64,000 bases of DNA, taken from the NCBI GenBank assembly GCA_964016885.1, contig OZ024752.1:46376001-46440000 (forward strand), written 5' to 3'. This document shows positions 1 to 12,434 of this stretch, in pieces; position 1 is the stretch's first letter; every line of letters starts with the position of its first letter. The translations under genes and the position numbers were made by a program. The DNA is from Eledone cirrhosa. Taxonomy: Eukaryota. Under the pieces are notes generated by a model. It was not told the origin of the DNA, searched no databases, and saw nothing but the letters and a program-made list of their open reading frames with translations.

Positions 1-140
1 CCATTACTTGACTGGTACTTTATTTTATCAACTCCTGAAGGACAAGAGACAAAGTTGATTTGGTTCCCATAAGGTGTTCAATCAAATTGCTAATTATCAT
101 TCAATATAAAAAAATCAATAGCTTTTTACCTAATACATAC

Positions 141-244
141 CTTTTCAAAGCCTCGGTAAGACGTTTGCGATCATTTATGGACCAAATTGAATGATCAAAA
201 TTCTGTTGGACTTGTCGAATAGTTCGTTTGGATTCAGGTTTCAT
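141..244 (-). CDS. First coding exon of a gene continuing off the left edge; MKPESKRTIRQVQQNFDHSIWSINDRKRLTEALK(R/S), Myb/SANT-like start, possibly SNAPC2-like
   Basis: Acceptor tatttcag before 257, ATG at 244, open to donor AAG|gtatgt at 141. W-S-x-x-D-R-x-x-L-x-x-A-L resembles Myb/SANT helix 1; MKP..R....WS..E/D...L recalls the vertebrate SNAPC2 N-terminus (from memory, unverified). Confidence 0.6.
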
Positions 245-289
245 CTTAGAAATTTAACTGAAATATAGAAATTATATATATATATATAT

Positions 290-1257
290 ATCATCATCAT
301 CGTTTAACGTCCTTTTTCTATGCTAGCATGGGTTAGATGGGTTGTCCTTTTTGAGGCAAGTCGGGTCAGGTGACTGTGTCTGACTTGGTTTCTACAGCTA
401 GATGCCCTTCCTAACAGCAACTACATTTACAGTGAGTGCTGGGTGATTTTTTTGTCGTGACACCTACATGACACTTTACAGTGTGGACTGGGTGCTTTTT
501 GTTGTGACACCTACATGACCAGTTTACAGTGTGGACTGGGTGCTTTTTGTTGTGACACCTACATGACCAGTTTACAGTGTGGACTGGGTGCTTTTTGTTG
601 TGACACCTACATGACCACTTTACAGTGTGGACTGAGTGCTTTTTGTCGTGACACCTACACAACCACTTTACAGTGTGGACTGGGTGCTTTTTGTCGTGGC
701 ACCTACGTGACCACTTTACAGTGTGGACTGGGTGCTTTTTGTTGTGACACCTACATGACCACTTTACAGTGTGGACTGGGTGCTTTTTGTCGTGACACCT
801 ACATGACCACTTTACAGTGTGGACTGGGTGCTTTTTGTCGTGGCACCTACGTGACCACTTTACAGTGTGGACTGGGTGCTTTTTGTTGTGACACCTACAC
901 AACCACTTTACAGTGTGGACTGGGTGCTTTTTGTCGTGGCACCTACGTGACCACTTTACAGTGTGGACTGGGTGCTTTTTGTTGTGACACCTACATGACC
1001 ACTTTACAGTGTGGACTGAGTGCTTTTTGTCGTGACACCTACACAACCACTTTACAGTGTGGACTGGGTGCTTTTTGTCGTGGCACCTACGTGACCACTT
1101 TACAGTGTGGACTGGGTGCTTTTTGTCGTGAACCTACACAACACTTTACAGTGTGGACTGGGTGCTTTTTGTCGTGACACTTACATGACCACTTTACAGT
1201 GTGGACTGAGTGCTTTTTGTTGTCGTGACTTCTACACGACCACTTTACAGTGTGGAT
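290..1257 (-). mobile_element. (CAT)n-tailed SINE-like element with an internal 48-bp tandem expansion (~17 copies)
   Basis: catcatcatcgtttaacgtcc...tgctagcatgggttag...gatgcccttcctaac also occurs at 7180, 23840-24090 and 55351-55600. Unit ACTTTACAGTGTGGACTGGGTGCTTTTTGTTGTGACACCTACATGACC explains the 16-aa periodic ORFs. Confidence 0.8.
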
Positions 1258-1326
1258 AGAGTGAAATATATGTGTGTGTGTGTGCATATATATAATTATT
1301 TATATATATATATACTTCGTTTTTGT

Positions 1327-1393
<67 letters not shown>

Positions 1394-2365
1394 AATCAAG
1401 CTGAAACCAGTTTCCTACTCTAAATATATAATTTATACTCTACTTATATATAATTTATACTCTACGTATTGAGGAATCACTTACATAAGGTTTTAAGTAC
1501 AGTGGGATTTTTAAAATATCTAGTCTAATAAATACATATTCATTAATTTTGGTGATATGTTTTGAGAAAGCAAGTTATCCAATGTCATTACGTATCCGAG
1601 GTGTATATGTAAACACGAGAAAAGAAAAAAACGAACATATGAACAAAAGAGTAAATAGAAATTAAAAACAAAACAATCATATATACATATTCTATAAAGA
1701 ATTAGTGCCCGACAGCTGGCGTCTTATATGTAGTTATGGAATAAAGTTAATATGCCCTCCAGTTAATTCCACTCTTTATTTAACACTTTTCATAGCAATC
1801 TGCCTACAACGATTCCTCGTTCGACAATATAAAACTTTATATTTATCTAAAAACCTTCCGTCATAATTTTACGTAAAGACCATTGGAAATTAGGCCAAAA
1901 GTAGACGCAAATAATAAATTATTCCATGTTTTTTCCCATCTAACTTATAAATCAGCATATTTTATGCCATAAATTAACTCAGTCTCTCTAATATACACAT
2001 ATATACACCAAATCCGAACACAATAGAACCAAACTGCCACTCTCATCGCCTCCCTCTCTTCAGATCTCACACTAGAACATTTGTTGTTGTATTCCAAATA
2101 CCAACTTAATAACTTAAAATTCTTGATTATTTTCGAAATTCTTGATTATTGACAACCATAGGTAGGATATATCATTATAAATATGGCAAGGAAAGGGATA
2201 AAAGTATATTTACCGCTGTATAAAGCAGACGTTTAATGAAAATACGAAGACAGCGATGCCTTGTCTGAAAGAAATGTATCAAGGGAGACAACTGCTGTTG
2301 CTCTATACACCTCTTCAACTTATTCATCAGTATTGGGAGATTTTCTGCTTTGCTCTCTCTCTCTC

Positions 2366-2430
<65 letters not shown>

Positions 2431-2494
2431 TTAATATAGATGAGATTCTACAGGACTAGAACTGTTTCATTCTTTAGAAATCATCAGGAATGAT

Positions 2495-2544
2495 GATTTC
2501 CTGATGATTTCTAAAGAATGAAACAGTTCTAGTCCTGTAGAATC
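2495..2544 (+). ncRNA. Type I hammerhead ribozyme motif (mirror copy on - strand at 2444..2490)
   Basis: gatttc-CTGATGA-tttctaaagaat-GAAA-cag ttctagtc ctg-TA-gaatc: core, stem II ttc/gaa, stem III Acag/ctgT, GUA cleavage triplet. Confidence 0.7.
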
Positions 2545-2628
2545 TCATATATATTAACACTTTTATACTCTGAAATGTATTGAGTACCTTACTTACTGTG
2601 GTTACCTCCGATTCAACCCGGAATAACG

Positions 2629-2660
<32 letters not shown>

Positions 2661-2663
<3 letters not shown>

Positions 2664-2937
2664 ACGAAGGAAGTGTGGTAAGGAACCAGGTGGACCATAA
2701 CGCACCAGAGTACTCAATATTTAGGGTAGTAGAGTGAGTAATATGAAAAGAGTCAGGACCCCGACGGCTGAGCTCCGACCGTTTCAACAGCTAGATCCGA
2801 TGGCCGGAGCTCAGCCGTCGGGGTGCTTACTCTTTTCATATTACCCACTCTACTACCCTAAATATTGAGTACTCTGGTGCCATCGGATCTAGCTGTCGAA
2901 ACGGTCGGAGCTCAGCCGTCGGGGTCCTGACTCTTTC

Positions 2938-2940
<3 letters not shown>
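2661..2940. mobile_element. (TA)n-embedded dispersed repeat with internal inversions (putative Penelope-like pseudo-LTR family)
   Basis: ataacgaaggaa(a/g)tgtggtaaggaaccaggtggaccataacgcacc...ggaccccgacggctgagctc. Copies at ~16893, 17911, 23435, 24103, 29745, 41729 and 55919, nearly all abutting (TA)n. Confidence 0.65.
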
Positions 2941-2988
<48 letters not shown>

Positions 2989-3019
2989 ACACACACACAT
3001 ACACACACACACATACACA

Positions 3020-3146
<127 letters not shown>

Positions 3147-3327
3147 TATTTATTATAATAGAATACAATAAAATAAAAATAGATATAGAAAGATAGATAA
3201 ATAAACAATTATTTTGTAGAATTACACAGATTTATATATTAGAATGCTCTCCAAATGTAGGTATAAAAAACAATGTTATAATTATTAATTTAACGGAAAA
3301 GAAAATAGTTATTTTAATACTTTAGTA

Positions 3328-3388
<61 letters not shown>

Positions 3389-3871
3389 TAACTCCAAGTT
3401 ACACTCCCTGGATATATATATATATATACATACATATATATACATATATATACATATATATATATATACACACATATATATATACATACATATATATACA
3501 TATATATACATATATATATACACACATATATATATACATATATATACATATATATATATATATACACACATATATATACACATATATATATACATATATA
3601 CACACATATATATATACATATATATACATATATATATATATATACACATATATATATACATATATATACATATATATATATATATACACACATATATATA
3701 TACATATATATACATATATACATATATATACACACACATATATATATATATCACAGAAAAAAAGAGAACCAGTGTTGCGACGAATGGAATTTATTGGACA
3801 TATTACAATCGTTTCTCTGGCGACCAGCTCGAGGCACGATCGATGTGATGATCGAACCTGACTCTGAAAAT

Positions 3872-3963
3872 CGTATCTGAGGACCTTGCGATTTTCAGAG
3901 TCAGGTTCGATCATCACATCGATCGTGCCTCGAGCTGGTCGCCAGAGAAACGATTGTAATATG
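3872..3963 (+). ncRNA. Type I hammerhead motif with long stem II, inside a 128-bp-arm fold-back
   Basis: cgtat-CTGAGGA-ccttgcgatt...ggtcgccaga-GAAA-cgattg-TA-atatg. Confidence 0.6.
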
Positions 3964-4289
3964 TCCAATAAATTCCATTCGTCGCAACACTGGTTCTCTT
4001 TTTTTCTGTGATATATCATACTCTGCTCTGTGAGGGCATTGAGTGCTCAAACGGCCTACCACATATGGCCTACTGCTTACGGACGCTTTAAGCATCCAAC
4101 ACCAATTATATATAAGTCAAGGAAACATGAAACAAACGAGGATGCAATAACAAGAAGTATATTAGTTTTGCGCTTGGAGAAAGAAGAAGGAGTTAGATAG
4201 TCAACGTATGGATGGGGTAAAAAGTAAAGAGATAAATTTTTAAATGTTTATTTATAAGATTCTTTAAAATGTTTTTTTCAAAATAGAAT

Positions 4290-4369
4290 TTATTTTTCCC
4301 CAAATTTCCAGTTTAAGATTTCCTCTTTTGTGATGTAGTTTTCTGTGGATTCTTCCATTCCATCATTTA
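4290..4369 (-). CDS. TBATA: TBATA-like gene, coding exon 7 (last): (L)NDGMEESTENYITKEEILNWKFGEK*
   Basis: Acceptor tttatttcaacag; phase 1 matches the previous donor. The TAA stop overlaps an AATAAA, and a second AATAAA lies near 4246-4251. Confidence 0.75.
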
Positions 4370-5226
4370 CTGTTGAAATAAATAAAAAATAAAATACAAT
4401 AGAATCATCACCATCATCATCATCATCATCATCATCACCATTATCAATACTATTATCATCATCACCATCATCATCATCATTAACAACACTATTATCATCA
4501 TCATCACCATTATCAATACTATTATCATCATCACCATCATCATCACCATTACCATCATCATCATTATCAACACTATTATCATCATCATCATCACCATCAC
4601 CATCATAATCATTGTTATCATCATCATCATCGTCATCATCATCATCATTACCATCATCATCATCATCATCATCATCATTATCATCATCCTCATGCATAAT
4701 TCCTTCCTCAGCTGAGATGCTGAGAGCAGCCAGTGATACCCGCTACATCAGCCAGTCCACCTTGCAGGACCCCTTGCAGGACTGAGATGCTCAACTTTTA
4801 ATTTAGTATTGAGAGAACTATTTAGTTGACTCAATGACTAACAACCTGTCAAGTGTTGGTGGCATGAATCAATCATCGAGTACCCCTTGTAAAGGGCATC
4901 TCACCATAGAAAACTGGCTAAGCAAAGGGCTGAAAGGACCCTTTAGTTGTGTTAAGGACATGACAACCTCTCTATTTTTAGTATGGATTGGCAAATTCGG
5001 TAGAGCGTCAGTCAACATGCTGTTACGTCACTTTACATTCTGAGTTCAAAACCCACCGAGTTTAGCCTTGCCTTTCATCCTCACAGATGGTCGATAAAAT
5101 AAAGTACCAGTAATGCACTGGGGTCAATTTAATTGACTTTCTCCTCCCCTTAAAATTGCTGGCCTTGTGCCTAAATCAGAAACCTGATTTAGGCAGAATT
5201 ATTATTATTATTATTATTACTACATA

Positions 5227-5612
5227 GGCGGTGGATTGGCAGTATCGGTAGAGGGTCGGACGCCATGCTTTGCAGCATAGAGTTACGGCCCTTTATGATC
5301 TGAGTTCAAATCCCGCCGAGGTTAACTTTGCCTTTCATCCTTACGGGGTCAATAAAATAAAGTACCAGTAATGTACTGGGTAATTGCTGGCCTTGTGCCA
5401 AAAGTAGAAACAATTATTTATTCAAATCCCACCGATTCATCCTTACGGGGTCAATAAAATAAAGTACCAGTAATGTACTGGGTAATTGCTGGCCTTGTGC
5501 CAAAAGTAGAAACAATTATTTATTCAAATCCCACCGATTCATCCTTACGGGGTCAATAAAATAAAGTACCAGTAATGTACTGGGTATTTGCTGGCCTTGT
5601 GCCAAAAAGTAT
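5227..5612 (+). mobile_element. tRNA-derived SINE (family A) with a triplicated ~89-bp 3' segment
   Basis: A-box-like tggcagtatcgg, B-box GTTCAAATC, body gcctttcatccttacggggtc(g)ataaaataaagtaccag, ttat tail. An older copy lies at 4984-5185. Confidence 0.85.
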
Positions 5613-5642
5613 AAACCTTATTGCTACAAAGGTTATACATAC

Positions 5643-5773
5643 AACAATTGTCTTTTATCCTGTTACTTTTAGATATGTTGGTATCTGTTGAAGGTCTGTT
5701 TAACACTGAGCCTTGAGTAGATTGACTCCCTACAAGTTTTCCATTAGGTTCACCAGGGTCTTCAAGTATCAAC
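5643..5773 (-). CDS. TBATA: TBATA-like gene, coding exon 6: (R)LILEDPGEPNGKLVGSQSTQGSVLNRPSTDTNISKSNRIKDNC
   Basis: Acceptor aatgaag|G, donor T|gtatgt; phases 2 and 1 fit both neighbours. Confidence 0.7.
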
Positions 5774-5863
5774 CTTCATTAATTAATAAAGAAAAAGGTT
5801 TATTGATTTATTAACCAGTACTTTGTGGGTTTTCCACCCCACACTGTGAATACATCGTATATA

Positions 5864-5967
5864 CAGGGTGTCCCCCCCCCCAAAATGTATACACACTTTG
5901 ATTACCTGTACAGGCAATATTTATTAGAATGCTGTTGAAGTGTGAATACATTTTTTGGTACACCCTG
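5864..5967. mobile_element. Tc1/mariner-type MITE
   Basis: TA|cagggtgtccccc..aaaatgtatacacac ... gtgtgaatacattttttggtacaccctg|TA. A related decayed copy lies at ~43145-43240. Confidence 0.7.
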
Positions 5968-6052
5968 TATATGTGTGTGTTTGTGTGAGTGTATATATAT
6001 ATATATATATGTATGTATATGTGATGTGTGTGTGTGATAAAATATAGTTTAA

Positions 6053-6574
6053 CCCTTTACCATTTACATTACTCAATAAAAATTATTATATTTTCACAGA
6101 AAAGGCTTTACATTACATAATTATCTCACATAATATCGAATCTATGAGATTTTGAAAGTATTTATTTTGAGAACAACACCTTAACAACAGTATCAGTGGC
6201 CAGTTACAGCCAGTTTCAACAGAAAGGGGTGAGAGAATTTTGGCCGAATATGGCCAGTTTGAATGCTAAAGGGTTAAATAAGAACCCTTTAAAATGGGAG
6301 GCTTTGTTCCATAGAAATAGAGCCAGTTTTGGGGGCAGATTGTATCAAAGGGATTAACCCTTTAGCCTTTACATTACTCTATATATATTATTACATGTTC
6401 ATGGTAAAGGATTTACCTCCTGTAATTATCTCACATAATATTGAATCTATGAGATTTTGATATTATTTATTTTGAGAACAATATCTTAACATAAGTATGA
6501 GTGGCTGGTCATGGCTGGTTTGAACAGAAAGAGGCCGGATATGGCTGGTTATGGCCGGTTTAAATACTAAAGGG
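6053..6574. mobile_element. Two adjacent piggyBac-type MITEs (6053..6273 and 6358..6574)
   Basis: Each is bounded by TTAA|CCCTTTA...TAAAGGG|TTAA and the interiors are homologous. Confidence 0.75.
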
Positions 6575-6614
6575 TTAAATGTTTTGTTTTGTGAAGAAAA
6601 TTAAAGATGGCTAC

Positions 6615-6846
6615 CTGTCTATTTTTGAAGAGGTTTTCTTGTTTTCTTTATTAACATTATTAGAGAAGGATATCTCTGTAACTGCAGTGTTCTCCCTTAT
6701 AGGTGGAAGTATTGTTATCTGCTGTTGTTGTAGGTGTTGTAGTTGTTGAAGTTGTTGCTCTCTGCCATTCATATTTTGAATATTAATATTGTTGTTTGTT
6801 TGACTTGCAACAGCTGCTTTTATCAAATTACTCACCAAATATTTTT
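6615..6846 (-). CDS. TBATA: TBATA-like gene, coding exon 5: (E)KYLVSNLIKAAVASQTNNN...KKTSSKIDR
   Basis: Acceptor ttattccag, donor AG|gtag; continues the conserved WL..A..KEK.L motif in frame. Confidence 0.85.
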
Positions 6847-7177
6847 CTGGAATAATGAAAAAAATATTTTTAAAAAAAAATTTTTTTTTTTAATGAAAAA
6901 CATTTTTTTTTAATTAATTTTTTTTTAATGAAAAAAATTTTTTTTTTATTATTTTTTTTTTAATGAAAAAAATTTTTTTATTTTTTTTTTAATGAAAAAA
7001 ATATTTAAAAAAAAAATTTTTTTTTTAATGAAAAAAATATCGTATTGAAGACGATTATATCAACCTCAGTATGTAACTAGTATTTTATTTTCTTGACCCC
7101 GGAAAGATGAATGGCAAAGTTGTTGACCCAAAGTAAATATCCACTGCTCTAATGACTACCTGAATGTTATAGGCAGG

Positions 7178-7221
<44 letters not shown>

Positions 7222-7262
7222 CTGTTTAATGTCCATTTCTCCACGCTAGCATGGGTTAGATG

Positions 7263-8431
7263 CACTGCTGGATTTACCATTCTGCTTAGGTGTGCTTAAG
7301 CTCAGGGCCTCGTTAACCCCATCTTCCTGCAAAAAAAATCTTTTTACTGGGCCTACTTCCTTCAGGGCCCTACTAAAGCGCTTCATAACTTAACTAGCAC
7401 AGGACCTCATTACAGGGCCTCATTATAAGGCCTCATTACAGGGCCCCATTACAGGGCCCCATTACAGGGCCTCATTACAGGGCCTCATTACAGGGCCTCA
7501 TTACAGGACCTCATAACAGGGCCTCATTACAGGACCTCATTACAGGGCCTCATTACAGGGCCCCATTACAGGACCTCATTACAGGGCCTCATTATAGGGC
7601 CTCATTACAGGGCCCCATTACAGGGCCCCATTACAGGGCCTCATAACAGGGCCTCATTACAGGACCTCATTATAGGGCCTCATTATAAGGCCCCATTACA
7701 GGACCTCATAACAGGGCCCCATTACAGGACCTCATTATAGGGCCTCATTACAGGACCTCATAACAGGGCCTCATTACAGGACCTCATAACAGGGCCTCAT
7801 TACAGGACCTCATTACAGGACCTCATAACAGGGCCTCATTACAGGACCTCATTACAGGACCTCATTATAAGGCCTCATTACAGGGCCTCATAACAGGGCC
7901 TCATTACAGGACCTCATTATAGGGCCTCATTATAAGGCCTCATTACAGGACCTCATAACAGGGCCTCATTACAGGACCTCATTATAGGACCTCATTATAG
8001 GACCTCATTACAGGACCTCATTACAGGGCCTCATTATAGGGCCTCATTATAGGGCCTCATTACAGGACCTCATTATAGGGCCTCATTATAAGGCCTCATT
8101 ACATGGCCCCATTATAGGGCCTCATTACAGGACCTCATTATAGGACCTCATTACAGGACCTCATTATAAGGCCTCATTACAGGGCCTCATTACAGGGCCC
8201 CATTATAGGGCCTCATTACAGGACCTCATTATAGGGCCTCATTACAGGACCTCATTACAGGACCTCATTACAGGGCCTCATTATAGGGCCTCATTACAGG
8301 GCCTCATTACATGGCCCCATTATAGGGCCTCATTACAGGACCTCATTATAGGGCCTCATTACAGGACCTCATTACAGGGCCTCATTATAGGGCCTCATTA
8401 CAGGGCATCATTTATCCTAGACCCAGCACTG
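7263..8431. mobile_element. hAT-like non-autonomous element filled with a 13-bp satellite (ACAGGGCCTCATT, ~75 copies), nested in a (CAT)n-tailed SINE
   Basis: Imperfect TIRs cactgctgga / cccagcactg, 8-bp TSD-like gttagatg (7255) / gttagaca (8432). The host SINE resumes after 8432. Confidence 0.65.
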
Positions 8432-8573
8432 GTTAGACAGGTTGTCCCGTTTGAGGTAAGTTAAATTGTGGTGGCCTTGTCTTGCTCCTACAGAACAGTT
8501 TCTAGCTTGGTTTTTTTTACAGCTGGATGTCCTTAGTTTTATAGTTTTATAGTTTGATGTTAAGAGTTCCCAC

Positions 8574-8655
8574 CTTTTTCACTAGCACACACTAGCCATC
8601 CTTGTATAGCCTCCATATCATTGGTTTGCAGAATCTGACATAATATAGATAATAC
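8574..8655 (-). CDS. TBATA: TBATA-like gene, coding exon 4: VLSILCQILQTNDMEAIQGWLVCASEK
   Basis: Acceptor ctttattcag, donor G|gtggga; matches the TBATA/SPATIAL motif LCQILQTD....IQ.WL..A..KEK. Confidence 0.9.
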
Positions 8656-8955
8656 CTGAATAAAGAGAGAGAAAGATAGTAATATTTAGAGTTACTAGAA
8701 TAAATACCAGTTATATACTGGAGCACGCACACATTCAGTCAACTGTATTATCTCTTCTGCAGCAGTGTCAGCATTGGTTCAGGGTTCTCTGCCCTTTGAG
8801 CTGGAGTTCTGCTGAGGCCAGCTTTGACTTTCATCATTATCATTATCACCACCACCACCACTACCACCACCACCACCACCACCACCATCATCACCACCAT
8901 CATCATCATCGTCACCATCATTATCATCGTCACAGCCACCACCTCCACCACCATT

Positions 8956-8993
<38 letters not shown>

Positions 8994-9199
8994 TATCCCC
9001 ACCCTCACCACCATCATCATCATCATGTAAACTATTGGAATGCAAGCGAGATACTACTGAAGGAGTGCTTGAGGTCTCTAACCCCCACCCCCTCCCCCAC
9101 CCCCACCACCCCAACCATGACCCTCTCACGAATAAGTGGGCAAAGAAGAAGAAGAGGAAGAAGAAGAAATACATAGTTTCCAAGAGATTGCCAACTCAC

Positions 9200-9747
9200 A
9201 GTATTTTCCAATTCATATTGTTGGTCAGTTGTATTTAACATTGGCTTGGCTAGACATTCTCTTTGACCGCCGGTATGTGATCTTTGTTTGGACATTGCCC
9301 TAGAAGGCGGTGGCATCAACCGACCTGTCATTGAGGAGTACACTCCACCACTTGTGTAACATTTTTTATCTCGAGATTTGTTCAATACTTGATGTGGGGT
9401 ATTTGTAAGTCCTTGGTATGGGGTATGTGTCCTATTCTGCATACTAAGTCCTTGATGTGGGGTATTTGTAAGTCCTTGGTATGGGGTATGTGTCCTATTC
9501 TGCATAGTAAGTCCTTGATGTGGGGTATTTGTAAGTCCTTGGTATGGGGTATGTGTCCTATTCTGCATACTAAGTCCTCGGTGTGGGGTATTTGTGTTGT
9601 TCTGCATAGTAAGTCCTTGATGTGGGGTATTTGTGTTGTTCTGCATAGTAAGTTCTTGGTATGGAGTATTTGTGTTGTTCTGCATAGTAAGTCCCAGCTG
9701 GTTTGTAAAGGTGTGAAGTTCATTGTTCCAATCCTCCATTGAAGCTA
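9200..9747 (-). CDS. TBATA: TBATA-like gene, coding exon 3 with in-frame tandem repeats
   Basis: Acceptor catttccag, donor ACT|gtgagt; motifs EDWNNEL and YSSMTGRLMPPPSRAMS match TBATA W..EL and YS..TGRLIP..RA. Confidence 0.9.
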
Positions 9748-9804
9748 CTGGAAATGAAAGGAACATTTTTTAAAGGAAATATCATTACCACCACCACCAC
9801 AGTC

Positions 9805-10088
9805 ACCAATTCTATCATTCTACCAATTCTACCAATTCTACCAATTCTACCATTATATCAATTCTACCAACTTTACCAATTCTACCATTCTACCAATTCT
9901 ACCAACTCTACCAACTTTACCAATTCTACCATTATATCAATTCTACCAACTCTACCATTCTACCAACTTTACCAACTCTACCAATTCTACCAACTTTACT
10001 AATTCTACCATTCTACCAATTCTACCATTCTACCAACTTTACCAATCTTACCAATTCTCCCAACTCTACCATTCTACCAGTTCTACCA
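9805..10088. repeat. ~9-bp microsatellite-like array (TCTACCAAT variants)
   Basis: Direct tandem repeats inside an intron. Confidence 0.9.
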
Positions 10089-10117
10089 AACATTGAGAAA
10101 ACAATAAAACAACTTAC

Positions 10118-10291
10118 AGGGTCCATAGTTAGGTAAGACCTTTTCTTTGTAAAAATGTCTGAGTCTTCTAAACCGTTCCGCATTAGGAAGAAAAGAAAAA
10201 ACCGATTCGTTCTTATATCCCGAATCCCTTCTTTGAACATTTGTAGAAAAGTCCCCATCATATACGGTACATATTGGTACACCTAGCAAAC
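10118..10291 (-). CDS. TBATA: TBATA-like gene, coding exon 2: (G)LLGVPICTVYDGDFSTNVQRRDSGYKNESVFSFLPNAERFRRLRHFYKEKVLPNYGP
   Basis: Acceptor cattttcag, donor T|gtaagt; GL.G.PIC.V.D continues the TBATA N-terminal motif. Confidence 0.9.
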
Positions 10292-10449
10292 CTGAAAATG
10301 GTAAAATATTAATTAGTTATAAATATATATATATATGTCACAGCAGCACTGTGGATAACGATTTTTAGACACATCCTGCCAATGAAACATATGTAAATAC
10401 TTGGAATAAACCCTACTGTATAGCTTATCCTTGTTATTCTTCAATCCTG

Positions 10450-10642
<193 letters not shown>

Positions 10643-11115
10643 TTAAACATGTAAAGAGATAAGTAGTGTAACTGGATTAAATAATTGGGGGGGGGGGAAG
10701 GAGGTGGCGGCCATCATAGTGTCTATTGTATGACTGTTGCTTCTTCTTCTTCTTCTTCTTCTCCTCCTCCTCCTCCTCCTCCTCCTTCTTCTTCTTCTTC
10801 TTCTTCTTCTTCTTCTTCTTCTTCTTCTTCTTCTTCTTCTTCTTCTCCTCCTCCTCCTCCTCCTTCTTCTTCTTCTTCTTCTTCTCCTTCTTCTCAGATA
10901 GATAGACAGACAGATAGGTAGATAGAAATACAGACAGACAGGCAGACAGTTAATAAATAATTAATAGAAAGAAGACAAAATTATATCAATGATAATTTTT
11001 ATTATCTTTATTATTTTTATTATTTTCATTATTTTTATTATTTTTATTATTTTTATTATTTTTATTATTTTTATTATTTTCTATGAAAATGGAAGAGAAA
11101 TTGAATCATTTTTAC

Positions 11116-11302
11116 CTTTGATGTGTTTAACCCTCTTTGGATGTGGACTGTGTCGAGTGAAAAAGGAACTCTTGCTAAGCTGACCGAAACGGTAACCACC
11201 CTGGGATTCTGAGGGTCTGTTTAGATAATCGTTGCGAAATAACTGACCCTGTGGGGAACAAACGGGGCCACTGGGGACATACATCTCAATGAAAGGGTTC
11301 AT
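11116..11302 (-). CDS. TBATA: TBATA-like gene, coding exon 1: MNPFIEMYVPSG...YRFGQLSKSSFFTRHSPHPKRVKHIKG
   Basis: Acceptor tttttccag|A-ATG, donor G|gtaaaa; RFG.LS..SFF.RH.PHP..V.HI is the TBATA/SPATIAL signature. The 7 exons total 1434 nt = 477 aa plus stop. Confidence 0.9.
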
Positions 11303-11960
11303 TCTGGAAAAAAAAACAAGGTAAAAACAAGGTAAAAACAAGGTAAAAACAAATTACTCTTTTACTTTTTTTACCTGTTCCAGCCATCTAGCTGAGACCA
11401 TGCTGGGGCACCGCCCTTGACATAAATGTGTGTGTGTGTGTGTTTTTTTGTTGTTTTTTTTAAATAATAATAATAATGTATATAAAATTGTGAGGAATCT
11501 ACTGGGAGGAGTGCTTGAGGACTCTGGACCCCTTACAGACAGATGGACCTCTCAGGGAGAGGTGGGTGGAGGAGGTGGGGGAGAAGGAGGAGGAGGGGGA
11601 GGGGATAGAGGGGGGAGGAGAAGAAGGAGAAGAAGAAGAAGAAGAAGAAGAAGAAGAAGAAGAAGAAGAAGAAGAAGAAGAAGAAGAAGAAGAAGAAGAG
11701 AATAAGAAAAAAGAGAAGAAGAAGAGAAGAAGAAAAAAGAGAAGAAGAAGAAGAAGAAGAAGAAGAAGAAGAAGAAGGAGGAGGAGAAGAAGAAGAAGAA
11801 GAAGAAGAAGAAGAAGAAGAAGAAGAAGGAGGAGGAGAAGAAGAAGAAGAAGAAGAAGAAGAAGAAGAAGAAGAATAAGAAGAAGAAGAAGAAGAAGAAG
11901 AGAATAAGAAAAAAGAGAAGAAGAAGAAGAAGGATAGAGAAATAATTTGCAGGTTTTTAC

Positions 11961-12063
11961 CTTAGAATGTGTTTAAGACTGAGGACAGTGGGTCTGGTGC
12001 TCCATGTTAGATATGGCAGGATAGGGTGAGAAGGTGTTGATATGGACTGTCAGTGTTACAGAA
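11961..12063 (-). other. Probable 5'UTR exon of the TBATA-like gene, containing a uORF (MEHQTHCPQS*)
   Basis: Acceptor ccccaacag after a long polypyrimidine tract, donor AAG|gtaaaa; all three frames contain stops. Confidence 0.55.
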
Positions 12064-12359
12064 CTGTTGGGGTGAGGTGAGAGGGAGAGAGGTGAGAGGG
12101 GGGGAGAGATATATAGAGTGATGGGGAGAAAGGGGGAGAGGGAGATAGGGGGAGGGAGAAAAATTGAGAGAGAGTGAGAGAGATAGAGTGAGTGAGAGTG
12201 AGAGAGTGAGAGAGAGGAAAGAGATGGGGAGATAGGGGGAGGGGAGAGGGAGGGAGAGAGAGATAGAGTGATGGGGTGAAAGAGGGAGGAGGAGATAGAG
12301 AGAGGGAGATAGAGTGAGAGTGAGAGAGGGAGATAGAGTGAGAGTGAGAGAGATAGAGT

Positions 12360-12434
<75 letters not shown>

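Noticed and set aside
411-1177. Cys/His-rich repeat ORFs resembling zinc fingers
   Set aside because: Translations of a 48-bp SINE-derived minisatellite.
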